This document shows positions 35,664-45,817 of a DNA stretch of 64,000 bases, piece after piece. Position 1 is the stretch's first letter, and every line of letters starts with the position of its first letter. This DNA is from a virus. The notes beneath the pieces were generated by a model. It was not told where the DNA came from. It made no database searches and worked only from the letters and a program-made list of their open reading frames with translations. Made by a program: the position numbers and the translations under genes. The stretch spans positions 15,509-79,508 of IMG/VR virus record IMGVR_UViG_3300049173_000078; one strand, given 5' to 3'.

Positions 35664-35993
35664 TCAGTCGATGTCGATGACGCCGCCGGGATCGAGGATC
35701 GGGCCGGTCGGCGGCGTGTACCCGGAGAGACGCTGAGCGACGGCGTCCGGCAGGATCGCGGCGAGCGCGAGGTACGCGACCTTCGCCTCGGCCTCTTCGG
35801 CCTCCTGCTGCTCGGCAACCGCCGCGGCGCGCGTCTCCTCGATGACGCCGAGCGCGGCGGCGTACTCCTCGGGCGAGATCAAGACCGCCCCGTCCGGAGT
35901 GGGCAGGCTCATGCCCTCGGAAAGCGTCACCTGACGGATCCGCCCGTCGGTGAGCTGGTAGTAACGCGTCGTCGTGGTGGTGGTCTCGTCCAC
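35664..35993 (-). CDS. Tail-fibre chaperone-like protein, paralog B
   Basis: Paralog of 34562..34852. Confidence 0.55.
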   Translation of the reverse strand: MDETTTTTTRYYQLTDGRIRQVTLSEGMSLPTPDGAVLISPEEYAAALGVIEETRAAAVAEQQEAEEAEAKVAYLALAAILPDAVAQRLSGYTPPTGPILDPGGVIDID

Positions 35994-36007
35994 AGCACAG
36001 GCCCCGA

Positions 36008-36859
36008 TCAGCTCAGAGGGATGGAGAACAGCCACGCGCGGATGGTGGCCTGGACTCGGGTATACGTCGCGCCCGCGGCGCCCCGGTCCGCCGTGACAGC
36101 CAGGCTGATGGTCTGCGTCCCCCCGGCCGGAATCACGAGGTTGTGCTGCACGCTGTGCTGCGAGTGCCACGACGGGATGGCCTGACTGCCGCTGTTCTTG
36201 AGGTAGTTCACCTCGTCGCCGTTGATACCCGAGGCCGCGGCGCCACCGTTGGCCGGAAGCTGGAACTCGACGTCGACCTGCCGCCACGCGATCACGAACG
36301 CGTCGCGGCACGGGTCCGGGTTGGTCATGGTGACGCTTATGGTGTCGATCGTCGCCTCGGTGGCCGGCACCGCGTTGTTCGACGAGAACACGTCGTTCAC
36401 GGCCACCTCGCGGTAGCGCGCCCGGAACGGCGGGTCGGTCTTGAGACGGCCGTTCGACGAATCGCAATAGACGTCGCCGCCGTTGGCGGTGATGGCGCAC
36501 GCGAAGGGCCACGTTCCGACATTGACCCGCAGGGGCGCGCTGCCCGAGCCGTCGCCGAGCAGGCCGCAGCCGCGCTGCACCGTCGCCGCGCCCGCCGGTA
36601 CGAACAGGCCGTTCGCGTCGACGACGAGATTGTTGCCGGGCGTTGACGAGATGTCGGCGCCGATGACGCCGGTCGCCGAGTCGAAGGTGATCCCCGGGCC
36701 GGCGGATATGCATCCGCGGACCTCGGCGCAGTTCGTCACCGCGTTCACGACGTACGGGTTCGCCGTCGACCCGGCGCCCGTGACGCTCGTGTTGTCCCCG
36801 GCCTGCACTACGCAGTTGCAGCCGCCCCCGCCGCACTGACACCTGGCCAAGACGACCAC
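36008..36859 (-). CDS. Tail fibre or minor tail protein, paralog B
   Basis: ARCQCGGGGCNC, TSVTGAGSTANPYV, CGLLGDG, WPFAC.I.ANG..VYCD. Confidence 0.6.
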   Translation of the reverse strand: MVVLARCQCGGGGCNCVVQAGDNTSVTGAGSTANPYVVNAVTNCAEVRGCISAGPGITFDSATGVIGADISSTPGNNLVVDANGLFVPAGAATVQRGCGLLGDGSGSAPLRVNVGTWPFACAITANGGDVYCDSSNGRLKTDPPFRARYREVAVNDVFSSNNAVPATEATIDTISVTMTNPDPCRDAFVIAWRQVDVEFQLPANGGAAASGINGDEVNYLKNSGSQAIPSWHSQHSVQHNLVIPAGGTQTISLAVTADRGAAGATYTRVQATIRAWLFSIPLS

Positions 36860-36880
36860 CTCTCAGGGTGCGTTCTTGGC

Positions 36881-36913
36881 CCGGCCCACAACCAGCGGCT
36901 ACCGCTCAGTCTA
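36881..36913 (-). promoter_or_regulatory. Late promoter element, copy 2
   Basis: TAGACT-N9-CCGCTGGTTGTGGGCCGG. Confidence 0.7.
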
Positions 36914-36935
36914 AGACGCGGCGATTAGCGGCAGG

Positions 36936-37655
36936 TCAGCCGTAGAGGTGCACGAGCACGCGGCCGTCAGCGCCCGCTCCGCCGTCGACGGCCCCTCCGA
37001 AGGAGACGGCGCCGCCCGCTCCTCCACCAAAGCCGCGCGGCCCGAGCCCATTGCCCTGCGCTGACCGGCCCAGGCCACCAGTGCCGAGGAACGAGTCGCC
37101 GCCGAAGCCCGCCATGGCGGCGGTCCCAGACAGGCGGATCGCCGACCCGGAGGCGCCGCCGCCGAGCGCGAAGTCACCGGTTCCGGCGAACGGGCCCGCG
37201 ATGCCCTGAGAGGTGCTCGGCGTCGTTCCTGACGGCATGTTGTTGGTGCCGCCGCTCCCGCCCGGGGCGGTGACGAGGCTGCCGAAGGAGGACGCTTCGC
37301 CGTCACCGCCGTCGGTGGCCGACGTGCCCGCGGTTCCACCTGCACCGACCTTGATCGGCACGGACGCGGGGAGGTCAGCGACCTCGATCAGCGACTTCGA
37401 GTAGCCGCCGCCCGTGCCGCCCGGCCTGGCGACCGCCTCGCCCGTGTCGGCGTTCGCGCCGGCCGAGCCGCCGCCGGCGCCCTGGACCTCGACCTCGACC
37501 CGCGCGAGCCACGGATAGTTGGCCTTGTTGAACGTGAACGTGCCCGCCGGAAACGACAGGGTCTGCCGCAGGCCCTGCGTGCCCGGCTTCAGGCACAGCT
37601 CACCAGAGGCCGGGTTGACGGTGAAATAGGTTTCGCATGCACAGGCGCGCGCCAT
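36936..37655 (-). CDS. Glycine-rich minor tail protein
   Basis: VEVQGAGGGS, GGTGGGY, VGAGG, G.S.FG glycine-rich tail domain. Confidence 0.7.
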   Translation of the reverse strand: MARACACETYFTVNPASGELCLKPGTQGLRQTLSFPAGTFTFNKANYPWLARVEVEVQGAGGGSAGANADTGEAVARPGGTGGGYSKSLIEVADLPASVPIKVGAGGTAGTSATDGGDGEASSFGSLVTAPGGSGGTNNMPSGTTPSTSQGIAGPFAGTGDFALGGGASGSAIRLSGTAAMAGFGGDSFLGTGGLGRSAQGNGLGPRGFGGGAGGAVSFGGAVDGGAGADGRVLVHLYG

Positions 37656-37682
37656 CGAAGCCCCTCGGGGAGTCGCACGTGC

Positions 37683-37714
37683 CCGGCCCACAACCAGCGG
37701 CGACGATCAGCTTA
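37683..37714 (-). promoter_or_regulatory. Late promoter element, copy 3
   Basis: TAAGCT-N8-CCGCTGGTTGTGGGCCGG. Confidence 0.7.
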
Positions 37715-37733
37715 CGGCGGACGTCTGTGCGCC

Positions 37734-38231
37734 TCACAGGCCCGCAGCGAGGGCACCAGGCGGTTTCGGGACGGCAGCCGGCTCCCCGCTCGCCGTGAGG
37801 TGCACCTGAACGCCCGCCGCGGCAGGGACGAGCGGCAGCACGCCGAGCCCCAGGAGGGGCTGTGTCGCCCACACGCGGACCGTCACGCTCGTCGCCGACA
37901 CGGCCTCCAGTGCCGCCGTCACCGTGCGGTCGTCGGCCGGGTTGGGGTCGACGGCGAGTGCGCTCATGACGGGTGGCGCGGTGAACGGCGTCTCGAAGGT
38001 CCACAGGGCGCGGCCGTCGGCGCCGGTCACGACGACCGCCGCGGCAGGCGGTGCGCCGCGCTCGCCGCGCGGCCCCTGCTCGCCAGGCGGTCCCGGCTCC
38101 CCTTGCGGTCCCACCTTGCCTTGGGGTCCTTGCGGGCCGCCCTTGCGGCCGGTGCGCTCCAGGTCGCGCAGCACGCCGCCGAGCGGGTTGTCCGGCAGGC
38201 GCCGCGACGCCGGTCCCCTGTACGCCATCAC
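37734..38231 (-). CDS. Short collagen-repeat minor tail protein
   Basis: GPQ/GEP triplets then WTFETPFTAPPV beta domain. Confidence 0.65.
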   Translation of the reverse strand: MMAYRGPASRRLPDNPLGGVLRDLERTGRKGGPQGPQGKVGPQGEPGPPGEQGPRGERGAPPAAAVVVTGADGRALWTFETPFTAPPVMSALAVDPNPADDRTVTAALEAVSATSVTVRVWATQPLLGLGVLPLVPAAAGVQVHLTASGEPAAVPKPPGALAAGL

Positions 38232-39265
38232 ACGTCTCCTTCAGCGCTCACAGGCCCGAGCTGGACCTTCACCGACTCGCCGGTCCCGTCGGCCGTCACG
38301 TGCAAGCCGGTGATCTTCATGCGCTGCGACACGTCGCGGCAGGTCGTCGTCGTCGCGAAGTCGACGCACCAACCAGGCACCGCCCGCGCGACGTCGAGGC
38401 CCGCGTCCGAGGACAGGGTGACCTCTTGCGTGTCGATGTAGACCGGCACGGGCAGCGAGGCGTTCAGCCGCGACTGCGCGGCGGCGGCCGCCGATTCGTT
38501 GTCCATGATCGAGGTGTCTTGGATGCTCCGCTCGATCAGCCCGTAGTACGGGTGGACGCCGCCGGCGACGCCCTTCACGCCGCTGCCGTCGCTGCCGTAC
38601 ACCACCCACCGCGTGGCGAGCGCCGTCCCGTCTTCGGCGACGCTCAGCCCCTCGGGCAAGTCGGCGTCGGTCAGCAGGCCCACGCTCGCACTCCAGTCGT
38701 CCGGCAGCAGCAGGATTGAGTTGCCGACGGCGGTGAAGTCGAGGCCCGTGTCCGCGAGGTCTTTCAGGTGGTCGCCGGTCTGCCCGATGTCCAGCGTGTA
38801 TTCGCGCGCCCCGGACACCCCCGATTTCGCGAGGACGTTCACCGTGTGCCCGGGGTCGTCGGGCAGGAAGCCGTCCTCGATCAGCCACGTCGCGATGTCC
38901 GTCAGGTCGGTGCTCGTGAACGCCCGCGACTCGTGCGGCGTGCGCCGGTTGAGGATCGCGATGATGTCCGCGGCGTTGATCTCGAACCCGCCGAGGCTCC
39001 ACTCCGCCGTCAGGATCGGCCCGCCCCACACGTAGTCGCCGTTCCGGTAGATGTGCAGCCAATTGCGCCACGACCGGACGTCGCCGAGCGTCTCGCAGCA
39101 GTCCAGGTCCGGGACGACGACGACGCGGCCCGTCGACGCGTCGTTCAGCACGCGCGTGAACTCGACCTCGGTCACGGTGACGAGGTTCGACACGATCGCG
39201 CCGTCGCGGTCCGCGACGACCGCGTGATACTCCGCCGCGCACCCGAGCCCGCTCAGCCCGGCCAT
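38228..39265 (-). CDS. Minor tail protein (hub/Tal-like)
   Basis: Second gene after the tape measure; LHIYRNGDYVWGGPI. Confidence 0.75.
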   Translation of the reverse strand: MAGLSGLGCAAEYHAVVADRDGAIVSNLVTVTEVEFTRVLNDASTGRVVVVPDLDCCETLGDVRSWRNWLHIYRNGDYVWGGPILTAEWSLGGFEINAADIIAILNRRTPHESRAFTSTDLTDIATWLIEDGFLPDDPGHTVNVLAKSGVSGAREYTLDIGQTGDHLKDLADTGLDFTAVGNSILLLPDDWSASVGLLTDADLPEGLSVAEDGTALATRWVVYGSDGSGVKGVAGGVHPYYGLIERSIQDTSIMDNESAAAAAQSRLNASLPVPVYIDTQEVTLSSDAGLDVARAVPGWCVDFATTTTCRDVSQRMKITGLHVTADGTGESVKVQLGPVSAEGDV

Positions 39266-40584
39266 CAGGAAGCCCGCCCGGACACGGCGAAGGACACCGT
39301 CGCGTCAGCCGCGGGCGGCACGAACGCATCGGACTCGATGCACAGGCAGAACTCGGCGCAGTTCAGCACGGGCCACGTCGGCGGCGCCCCGCCGTTGCCG
39401 TAGACGCTCGTCGCCGTCGAGCACTGCCGATTGCAGTCCAGCGTCGCCCGGCTCGTCTGCCCGTCGAGCAGCAGTTCCCCGCCGGCCGGAATGAACCCGA
39501 TCTCCCACCGCGCGTAGGGCTCGCACCGCTTCCGGTCGGCGAGCTCGGCACACGTCAGGTTCTCGTCGGCCTCCGTGCGCTGATACAGGCTGATCGTCAG
39601 CCGCCGCAGGTCCTCACTGCCCGCGAAGACGTTGATGATCGGCACGTCGTCGATCCACCCGGACCGGTTCGACAGGTCGATCGCGTAACACTCCTGGTTC
39701 GTGGCGAGCGCTTCGCAGAAGCAGGTCTCGGGCGCCGTCGGAACCGGCGGGGCGGGCGGCAGGCAGCTCGGGTCGGCGCACGCGTCCTGACTGTCGACGC
39801 ACTCCACGAGACGGCAGTCCGCGCACGGCACGCCGGGAGCGTGGATGCACCACTCGATGCACTCGGCGTCGTCATCGGTCGGCACGCCGACTTCGAGGAG
39901 CGGCACCTCGTCCGTGTACGCCCACGGAGTCGCGGCGGTCAGGGTGAACTCGACGGTGATGACGTCGGCGCCGAGCGAGCAGGCACCGCCGCCGCAGGTA
40001 CCCGTCCCGGCCCGGCCGGTCACCTTCGGCCCGTCGGTGAGCGCGACCCGCCGGTAGCTGCGACGGTGCGCGGCGTTGAACTCGTCGGCCGTCATGTCCT
40101 GGCCCGGACAGCAGTCGTACATGGTGACGCAGTCGCCGCCGCACTGCGAGCCCGTGCAGCCCTGGAGGGCCGCCGCCAGGTAGCGAAGCCCGAACTCGAC
40201 GCCGCAGCACGTCGCGCCGAGCAGGATCCCCGTCACGACGATGTCCCGCGGCTGCACGCGCGCCGGCCCGAGCGAGCCGCCGCCCGTGACTGACGCCGTC
40301 ACCGACCGCTTCACGGGGAAGTCGTCGACGCCCTCGACGCCGAGGACGAGGAACCCGGCGAACTCCGCCGACGCCGGGTCGCTCGGGTCGTACCACGGCG
40401 CAGGCGACGCGGCGTCGTCCGGAGTGGTGTACGGCTCGTCGCCGAGGACCTCGGCCGTGAACGTGTCGCAGGCGCAAATGTCCGACCCGCTGTCGAGCGG
40501 CGACCCCACGGTCCGCAGGTACTCGCGCAGCCGAGCCGTGTTCGTGATCTCCACGCCGCCGACGCTGATGTAGTCCGTCAACAA
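39265..40584 (-). CDS. Distal tail (Dit-like) minor tail protein, Cys-rich
   Basis: First gene after the tape measure; VEFTLTAATPWAY. Confidence 0.7.
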   Translation of the reverse strand: MLTDYISVGGVEITNTARLREYLRTVGSPLDSGSDICACDTFTAEVLGDEPYTTPDDAASPAPWYDPSDPASAEFAGFLVLGVEGVDDFPVKRSVTASVTGGGSLGPARVQPRDIVVTGILLGATCCGVEFGLRYLAAALQGCTGSQCGGDCVTMYDCCPGQDMTADEFNAAHRRSYRRVALTDGPKVTGRAGTGTCGGGACSLGADVITVEFTLTAATPWAYTDEVPLLEVGVPTDDDAECIEWCIHAPGVPCADCRLVECVDSQDACADPSCLPPAPPVPTAPETCFCEALATNQECYAIDLSNRSGWIDDVPIINVFAGSEDLRRLTISLYQRTEADENLTCAELADRKRCEPYARWEIGFIPAGGELLLDGQTSRATLDCNRQCSTATSVYGNGGAPPTWPVLNCAEFCLCIESDAFVPPAADATVSFAVSGRAS

Positions 40585-40621
40585 GGTCGACGCTCCTCAC
40601 GCTCGTGCTGCTCGGCGCCGG

Positions 40622-43600
40622 TCACGCGAGCCTCGCCTGTGCCAGCCGCCGCAGGACGATCCGGGCGGTCTTCTCGGGGTCCTCCGCGGCCTGGATGTTC
40701 CAGTTGTTCGTGACGGCCGCCCCGCTGCTCGTGGGCGACCGGCGGGCGCCGCGGATCAGGTCGGCGACGCTCGACGCGTCGGAGGCTCGCGCGCGGCTCG
40801 ACCGGGTCAGCGGGACCGTGCCCGAGCCGGCCGCGAGCGTCGGCGTCACCACGGGTCCGGCGATCTGCGCGCCGAGACCGGCGAGCGGCTTCGTCGCGGC
40901 GAGCGCGACCACCCGCGCCGCCTGCCGCGTCGACTCCTGCAACGCGCCAAGCCGGTCGAGGAGACCTAGCTGCAAGCCCTGCCCCGTCTGGTCGCCGATC
41001 CGGCGGAACACGACCGACGGCGACTTGATCCCGAGGGCCTTACGGATCGCGGTCTGCATGGACTTGGCGATCTTCAGCATCAGGTCGTCGATGTCCTTTT
41101 CCTGCGCCTTGAGGCCGGCGAGGAAGCCGCGCGATGCCTGCTTGCCCGCGTCGAACAGGTCGTCGGCGGCGTTCTTGCCGAGCGTGTTCGTCGCCGACAC
41201 GAGCTGCGACTGAAGGCTGTTGATCCGCTTCAGCGTGCTCGCCGACTGGTCGGAGAAGAACGTCGCGAGCTGCGCCCCCTGCTGCGGCCCGAGCCCGATG
41301 ATCTGCTGGAGCAGGTCCTTGCGCAGGCCGCGCTTCGACAGGCTGTCGATCTGCTTCGTGAAGTTCTTCACCTGCGAGACGGCGCTGTCGAGGCCCTCGG
41401 TGATGTTGAACAGGTTCACGCCGCCCTGGGTGAGGTTCTGAAGCGAGAACCCCTGGAGGGCGGAGGCGGCCGTGTTCGTGGCGAACGTCTGCGCGTCGGC
41501 GATTCGCTTCGCGATCGCGTCGCGCTGATTCGCGAGCGACGTCAGCCGTTTGTTGCCGTCGGCGACGAGCTTCAGCAGCGTGTCGTCGAGTTTCGTCTTC
41601 TTGCCCTTGAAGGCGTCGCGGATGTCCGCCGCGATCTTGTCGGTGGTCTGCTTGATCTCCGCCGCGCTGCCGGTCAGGCCGATGACGAAGCCCTTGCCTG
41701 TGTCGCGGCCGATCGCGATGAACACCTTCGACGGCGAGCCGATCTTCAGGACGTTCTTCGCCGCGCTGATCGCCGACGACACGACTTCCTTCGCCGCCGA
41801 CGCGACCTGCCCGGCCATCGCCCGCACGCCGCTGATCAGGCCACGCACCAGGTCGCGGCCGACGCCCGCCAGGGCGGACGAGGCACCCGACAACGCGCCG
41901 CGGATTCTGCCTGGCAGACCAGTGAAGAACGAGGTCACCTGCGAGCCTGCGGAACGCGCGGCGCTCAGCATGGCCGAGCCCGCCGAACGGAACACCGACG
42001 CGAGTCGGCCCCCGAGCGCCGACAGCGCCGACGCCGCTCGCCCCGGCAACTGCGAGACGAAGCTGACCACGGACGAGATTCCCGCCGAGGTGGCCGCCCG
42101 GGCGGACGCCCACGCCGAAGTGAACCGCCCCGCGATCGTGGACCCGAGCGCCGCGAGCGCACCGCCGATCCGGCCTGGTAGCTGCTGGAAGAACGACAGC
42201 GTGGCCGAGATACCGGACGAGACGGCGGTCGTCGCTGCCGCCCAGGCGGAGGTGAACGCGCCGGCGATGGTCGACCCGAGCGACACGAGGGCCTGGCCGA
42301 TCAGGACCGGCAGCCGCACGAACGGGAAAAGCACGAGGCCGATCAGGGTTCCGATCACCGTGCCGATCAGGGACGGCAGCGCTTGCAAGCCGGCGAGTAT
42401 CAGGCCCGGCAGGGTCGTGAAGAACGTGACGACGGCGCTGAAGCCTGTCGAGATCAGTGCGCCGATCTGCGCGGGGAGCGCCGACAGGAAGGTGACGACG
42501 GCGTTGAACCCAGTTACCACCAGGTTGGGGAGCGTCGTCGTGAAGAACGCGCCGATCGTTGTCCCGAGGCTGGAGAAGAACGAGCCGATGCCGGACGCGG
42601 CGCCGCTGACGGAGGCAACGAGCGAGGTGAAGGCGGCGCTCACCGTGGCGGGCAGGGCGGTGATGAACGTGACGACGGACGTGATGCCCTGGACGAGGCC
42701 GGTCAGCGCGCTGACGATGCGCGTGATGATCGGTACGACGGCGTTCAGGACGAGCCAGCTCTCAAAGCCGACTTGGGCTTGCAGGAGCGGCGTGATCAGC
42801 GACAGGACCATGCCGACGAGTGGGGAGAGCGCCGTCGCGAGGTCGGCGACCGGCTGGACGAGCGGCAGGACCGCGTTGAAGACGGCGAGCAGAGCGCCCG
42901 TCAGGGTCGGCAGCAGCGGCAGGAGCGCGCCTGTGAGCTGTGTGATCAGGGGTACGACCGCGTCGACGACCTGGCCGATCGCGTCGGCGATCGGGGGCAG
43001 CGCGGGCGCGAGCTGGGTGAACAGGTCGGCGACGGCTTGGCCGACGCCGGTCACGAGCGGAGTCAGCGCGGTGACGAGCGTGGTGAACGCGTCCGCCAGG
43101 GGCGGAAGAATCGGCATCAATGCGGACACAAGCGCCGAAATGATTGGAGCGAACGCTTGTGCGAGGGCGGACAGAACGGGGGCGAGCGCCTGCGCGAGGA
43201 CGGACACGAGTTGACCGGCGAGTGGCAGCAGTGGGGCGAGGCCAGTGACGACCTGGGCGATCGCCTGCCCGAGCGGGCCCAGGCTCGGGCCGATGGCTCC
43301 GAAGGCGTCAGCGAGGGCGACGGCGACGGTCTGGAGGCTCGGCGCGATCGCCGCCAGGGCGGGCCCGAGCGCGTTGACCAGGCCCACGACGGCAGGGCCG
43401 AGCGCGGTGAAGACGGGGGCCAAGGCGGGCGCGATGGCGCCGAGTTGCGTCACGAGCGCGGCGAGGATGGGGCGGAGCTGTGCCCCGATCGTCGCCACGG
43501 TGGCGAAGAGGTTCCCGATCGCCGTCTGGCCCTGCGTGCTGTTGACGAAGTCGGAGAGCTGTTGCGTGACTTGCTGGATCGTGCCCAGCACGCCGGCACC

Positions 43601-44869
43601 CGCGCCGGCCGCCGCGTTCGCGATGCCGCTGAACGCCGTTCTAAGGTTGCCGAGGATGTCGCCGAGCTGAGCGAACACCGTGAGCGCCTGGTCCACCCAG
43701 CGCACGGCGTCGCCGCCCTGGGCGGCCTGCTGGAGGAACTCTCCGAATCGCTGACCGGCGTTCGCGATGCCGCCGGCCAGCTCGGCGCCGAACGCCTTCG
43801 ACACCGCCGCGGCGACTTGAAGGATGCCCGCGGTCAGCTTGTTCGTGGTCTGCGACAGGCCCTCGACGCTGAGCCCGGTCGCGTCGAGGATGGCCCGCAC
43901 GTTGGACACGCCCTGCGTGCCCTGTATGTAGCCGAGCACGCCCTTCGCGGCGTCGCCCCACGCGGCGGCGATCCGGGTCAGCCCCGACTGCAAGGGCCCC
44001 TGTAGGGCTTGCGCCGTCTTCGTGATCTGCCCGGTGATCTGCTCGAAGAAGGCGTCTTGCACGGACGTCTTGAGGTCGTCGAACGCGGGCTTCAGGGCGC
44101 GGACTTCGAGGGCCGCCGCCTGCGCCGCCGGGCTGAGCTTCTCAAGGGTCTTCTGGAATGCCTCGGCGTCGCCCGTGAGCGCGGCAGAGAACGAATCCGC
44201 GACCCCGTCGAGCGCCAACTTCAGAGTGCCGAGCGCCGCCTGATACCCGAGGATGACCGCCGGGCCCGCCGCGATGATGCCGACCGCCGGGGCCAGGGCC
44301 GCCGTCAAGGCGATGACGCCCTGTGCGGCGCCCGCCGCGGCAATACCGATCGCGCCGAAGGCGAGACCCTTCGCGAGGATGCCGCCGACGCTCCCCGCGA
44401 TGCGCCCGAGACCGGCCAGGGCCCGCGTGAACCGGTCCGAGTCGACGTTCGTATTGACCGTGACGTCGGGCGGCCTGTGTGCCCGTATGCGGGCGTCGAA
44501 GGTGTCGAGGTCGGGAACGACCCGGATCGAGACTTCTTGGTCGGCGAGCGCGGCACGCAGCCGCGTCATGAACTGATCCAGGTTCGGCGCTACCGGGATG
44601 TTCAGCGTGTCGATACCGCGAAGGCCGTTGAGGAGCTGCGCGTCGAACCGGCTCAGGTCCGGGTTGACCTGTACCGAGACACTGACGTCGCGAAGACCAC
44701 GTTCGATGTTGCCGCGGATCCGAGCACCGATACCGATGGTCGCCCGGTCGAGCGCGGCCCGGATCCTGGCGCCCAGCAGCCGCGCATCCGCGATGACGCC
44801 CGTGTCGTCGAGCGTGATCGTGATCCGAGCGGACCCGTAGTCCTCGCTGTCGCCGGCCGGGGTGGTCAC
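40622..44869 (-). CDS. Tape measure protein
   Basis: 1415 aa Ala/Leu-rich helical repeats; LKIGSPSKVF and LGIKSPSVVF motifs. Confidence 0.95.
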   Translation of the reverse strand: MTTPAGDSEDYGSARITITLDDTGVIADARLLGARIRAALDRATIGIGARIRGNIERGLRDVSVSVQVNPDLSRFDAQLLNGLRGIDTLNIPVAPNLDQFMTRLRAALADQEVSIRVVPDLDTFDARIRAHRPPDVTVNTNVDSDRFTRALAGLGRIAGSVGGILAKGLAFGAIGIAAAGAAQGVIALTAALAPAVGIIAAGPAVILGYQAALGTLKLALDGVADSFSAALTGDAEAFQKTLEKLSPAAQAAALEVRALKPAFDDLKTSVQDAFFEQITGQITKTAQALQGPLQSGLTRIAAAWGDAAKGVLGYIQGTQGVSNVRAILDATGLSVEGLSQTTNKLTAGILQVAAAVSKAFGAELAGGIANAGQRFGEFLQQAAQGGDAVRWVDQALTVFAQLGDILGNLRTAFSGIANAAAGAGAGVLGTIQQVTQQLSDFVNSTQGQTAIGNLFATVATIGAQLRPILAALVTQLGAIAPALAPVFTALGPAVVGLVNALGPALAAIAPSLQTVAVALADAFGAIGPSLGPLGQAIAQVVTGLAPLLPLAGQLVSVLAQALAPVLSALAQAFAPIISALVSALMPILPPLADAFTTLVTALTPLVTGVGQAVADLFTQLAPALPPIADAIGQVVDAVVPLITQLTGALLPLLPTLTGALLAVFNAVLPLVQPVADLATALSPLVGMVLSLITPLLQAQVGFESWLVLNAVVPIITRIVSALTGLVQGITSVVTFITALPATVSAAFTSLVASVSGAASGIGSFFSSLGTTIGAFFTTTLPNLVVTGFNAVVTFLSALPAQIGALISTGFSAVVTFFTTLPGLILAGLQALPSLIGTVIGTLIGLVLFPFVRLPVLIGQALVSLGSTIAGAFTSAWAAATTAVSSGISATLSFFQQLPGRIGGALAALGSTIAGRFTSAWASARAATSAGISSVVSFVSQLPGRAASALSALGGRLASVFRSAGSAMLSAARSAGSQVTSFFTGLPGRIRGALSGASSALAGVGRDLVRGLISGVRAMAGQVASAAKEVVSSAISAAKNVLKIGSPSKVFIAIGRDTGKGFVIGLTGSAAEIKQTTDKIAADIRDAFKGKKTKLDDTLLKLVADGNKRLTSLANQRDAIAKRIADAQTFATNTAASALQGFSLQNLTQGGVNLFNITEGLDSAVSQVKNFTKQIDSLSKRGLRKDLLQQIIGLGPQQGAQLATFFSDQSASTLKRINSLQSQLVSATNTLGKNAADDLFDAGKQASRGFLAGLKAQEKDIDDLMLKIAKSMQTAIRKALGIKSPSVVFRRIGDQTGQGLQLGLLDRLGALQESTRQAARVVALAATKPLAGLGAQIAGPVVTPTLAAGSGTVPLTRSSRARASDASSVADLIRGARRSPTSSGAAVTNNWNIQAAEDPEKTARIVLRRLAQARLA

Positions 44870-44899
44870 CGGGCACCCTCACGAATTCGTGAACGGTGC

Positions 44900-44918
44900 C
44901 CGGCCCATAACCAGTCGG
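44900..44918 (-). promoter_or_regulatory. Late promoter element, copy 4 (variant)
   Basis: CCGACTGGTTATGGGCCGG; the TAATCT hexamer is further upstream (44958-44953). Confidence 0.55.
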
Positions 44919-44955
44919 CGAGCAGCAGCGCCGGGGCGCTGCCGTGATCTCCAGA

Positions 44956-45330
44956 TTATCCGCTGCGCCGGCTCGTGAGCCGCGCATCTTCGCTCGCGAC
45001 CTGGGACATGAGCGCTCGCGCCGCGTTCAGGTCCATCCGTGGACCGGCCGGTCGCGGCCGTGCCCCGCTCGTCGCCTGCCTACGAGCAGAGCGCGGCGGC
45101 GCGTACAGCGTCGTCCGGTTGCGCTGCCTCTCGGCGTCGTCTTCCGCCGCCGCGTCCATCGCGGATTCGGCGGCGTTCAGCATGCGCCTTAGCGTCCACG
45201 CGTGCGGGTCGACGCCTTGGAGGGCGAGGCTCCCGTCCCACGAGTCCCAGCCGGCCGTGATGCTGTCGCAGAGGCGGAAGACGACGTAGTAGGGCGGTCG
45301 CCACCTCCCCCGTAGAGCTCGACGACCCAT
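44956..45330 (-). CDS. Tail assembly chaperone, C-terminal (frameshifted) part
   Basis: -1 frame overlapping the chaperone, directly before the tape measure. Confidence 0.7.
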   Translation of the reverse strand: MGRRALRGRWRPPYYVVFRLCDSITAGWDSWDGSLALQGVDPHAWTLRRMLNAAESAMDAAAEDDAERQRNRTTLYAPPRSARRQATSGARPRPAGPRMDLNAARALMSQVASEDARLTSRRSG

Positions 45331-45731
45331 TCGAGGAGCTCGACGATCACCCGCGTCGGGAAACGCAGGTCGTCGACGACGCGCCGGCCCGGCCGCTCGG
45401 CGGCACAGGCCTCGGCCTCGGCGAGGTCGTCGTACGAGGCGAGCACCTCGCCGGACGAGTCGACGACGTTCACACGGAGGAACTTCGCCGCTGACTCGGG
45501 CAGCATCTGCCGGGCGAGGAACACGCGCAGCGCGCGAACCGTACCGCGGACGACCGACGGGTCCGCCTCGCTCAGGTTGTCCAGGTCGACGCCCTTCGAC
45601 TGCTGCGCGTCACGCATCTCGGCGTAGGCGTCCATGAACTCGTCGCCCATGACCTCGGGCTGAAATTCGAGCTCGATGTCGCCGATCTCGGCGACGTGTG
45701 GCTGTGTGTTCAGGGCAAAGGATTTACGCAC
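45189..45731 (-). CDS. Tail assembly chaperone
   Basis: Position, acidic composition, slippery site near the 3' end. Confidence 0.75.
   Translation of the reverse strand: MRKSFALNTQPHVAEIGDIELEFQPEVMGDEFMDAYAEMRDAQQSKGVDLDNLSEADPSVVRGTVRALRVFLARQMLPESAAKFLRVNVVDSSGEVLASYDDLAEAEACAAERPGRRVVDDLRFPTRVIVELLEWVVELYGGGGDRPTTSSSASATASRPAGTRGTGASPSKASTRTRGR
45306..45312 (-). other. Putative -1 programmed frameshift site CGGGGGA
   Basis: TAC GGG GGA in the chaperone frame becomes CGG GGG AGG in the -1 frame. Confidence 0.55.
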
Positions 45732-45758
45732 AGGTCTTCCCTGTCTCCCGCTCCTCGC

Positions 45759-45792
45759 CCGGCCCACAACCAGCGGCGCATGAGGAAGGGTA
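45759..45792 (-). promoter_or_regulatory. Late promoter element, copy 5
   Basis: TACCCT-N10-CCGCTGGTTGTGGGCCGG. Confidence 0.65.
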
Positions 45793-45817
45793 TCCGCGTG
45801 TGCCAACATGCGGTGAC

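Noticed and set aside
40622-44869. Helical repeats in the tape measure as a novelty
   Set aside because: Ordinary for tape measure proteins
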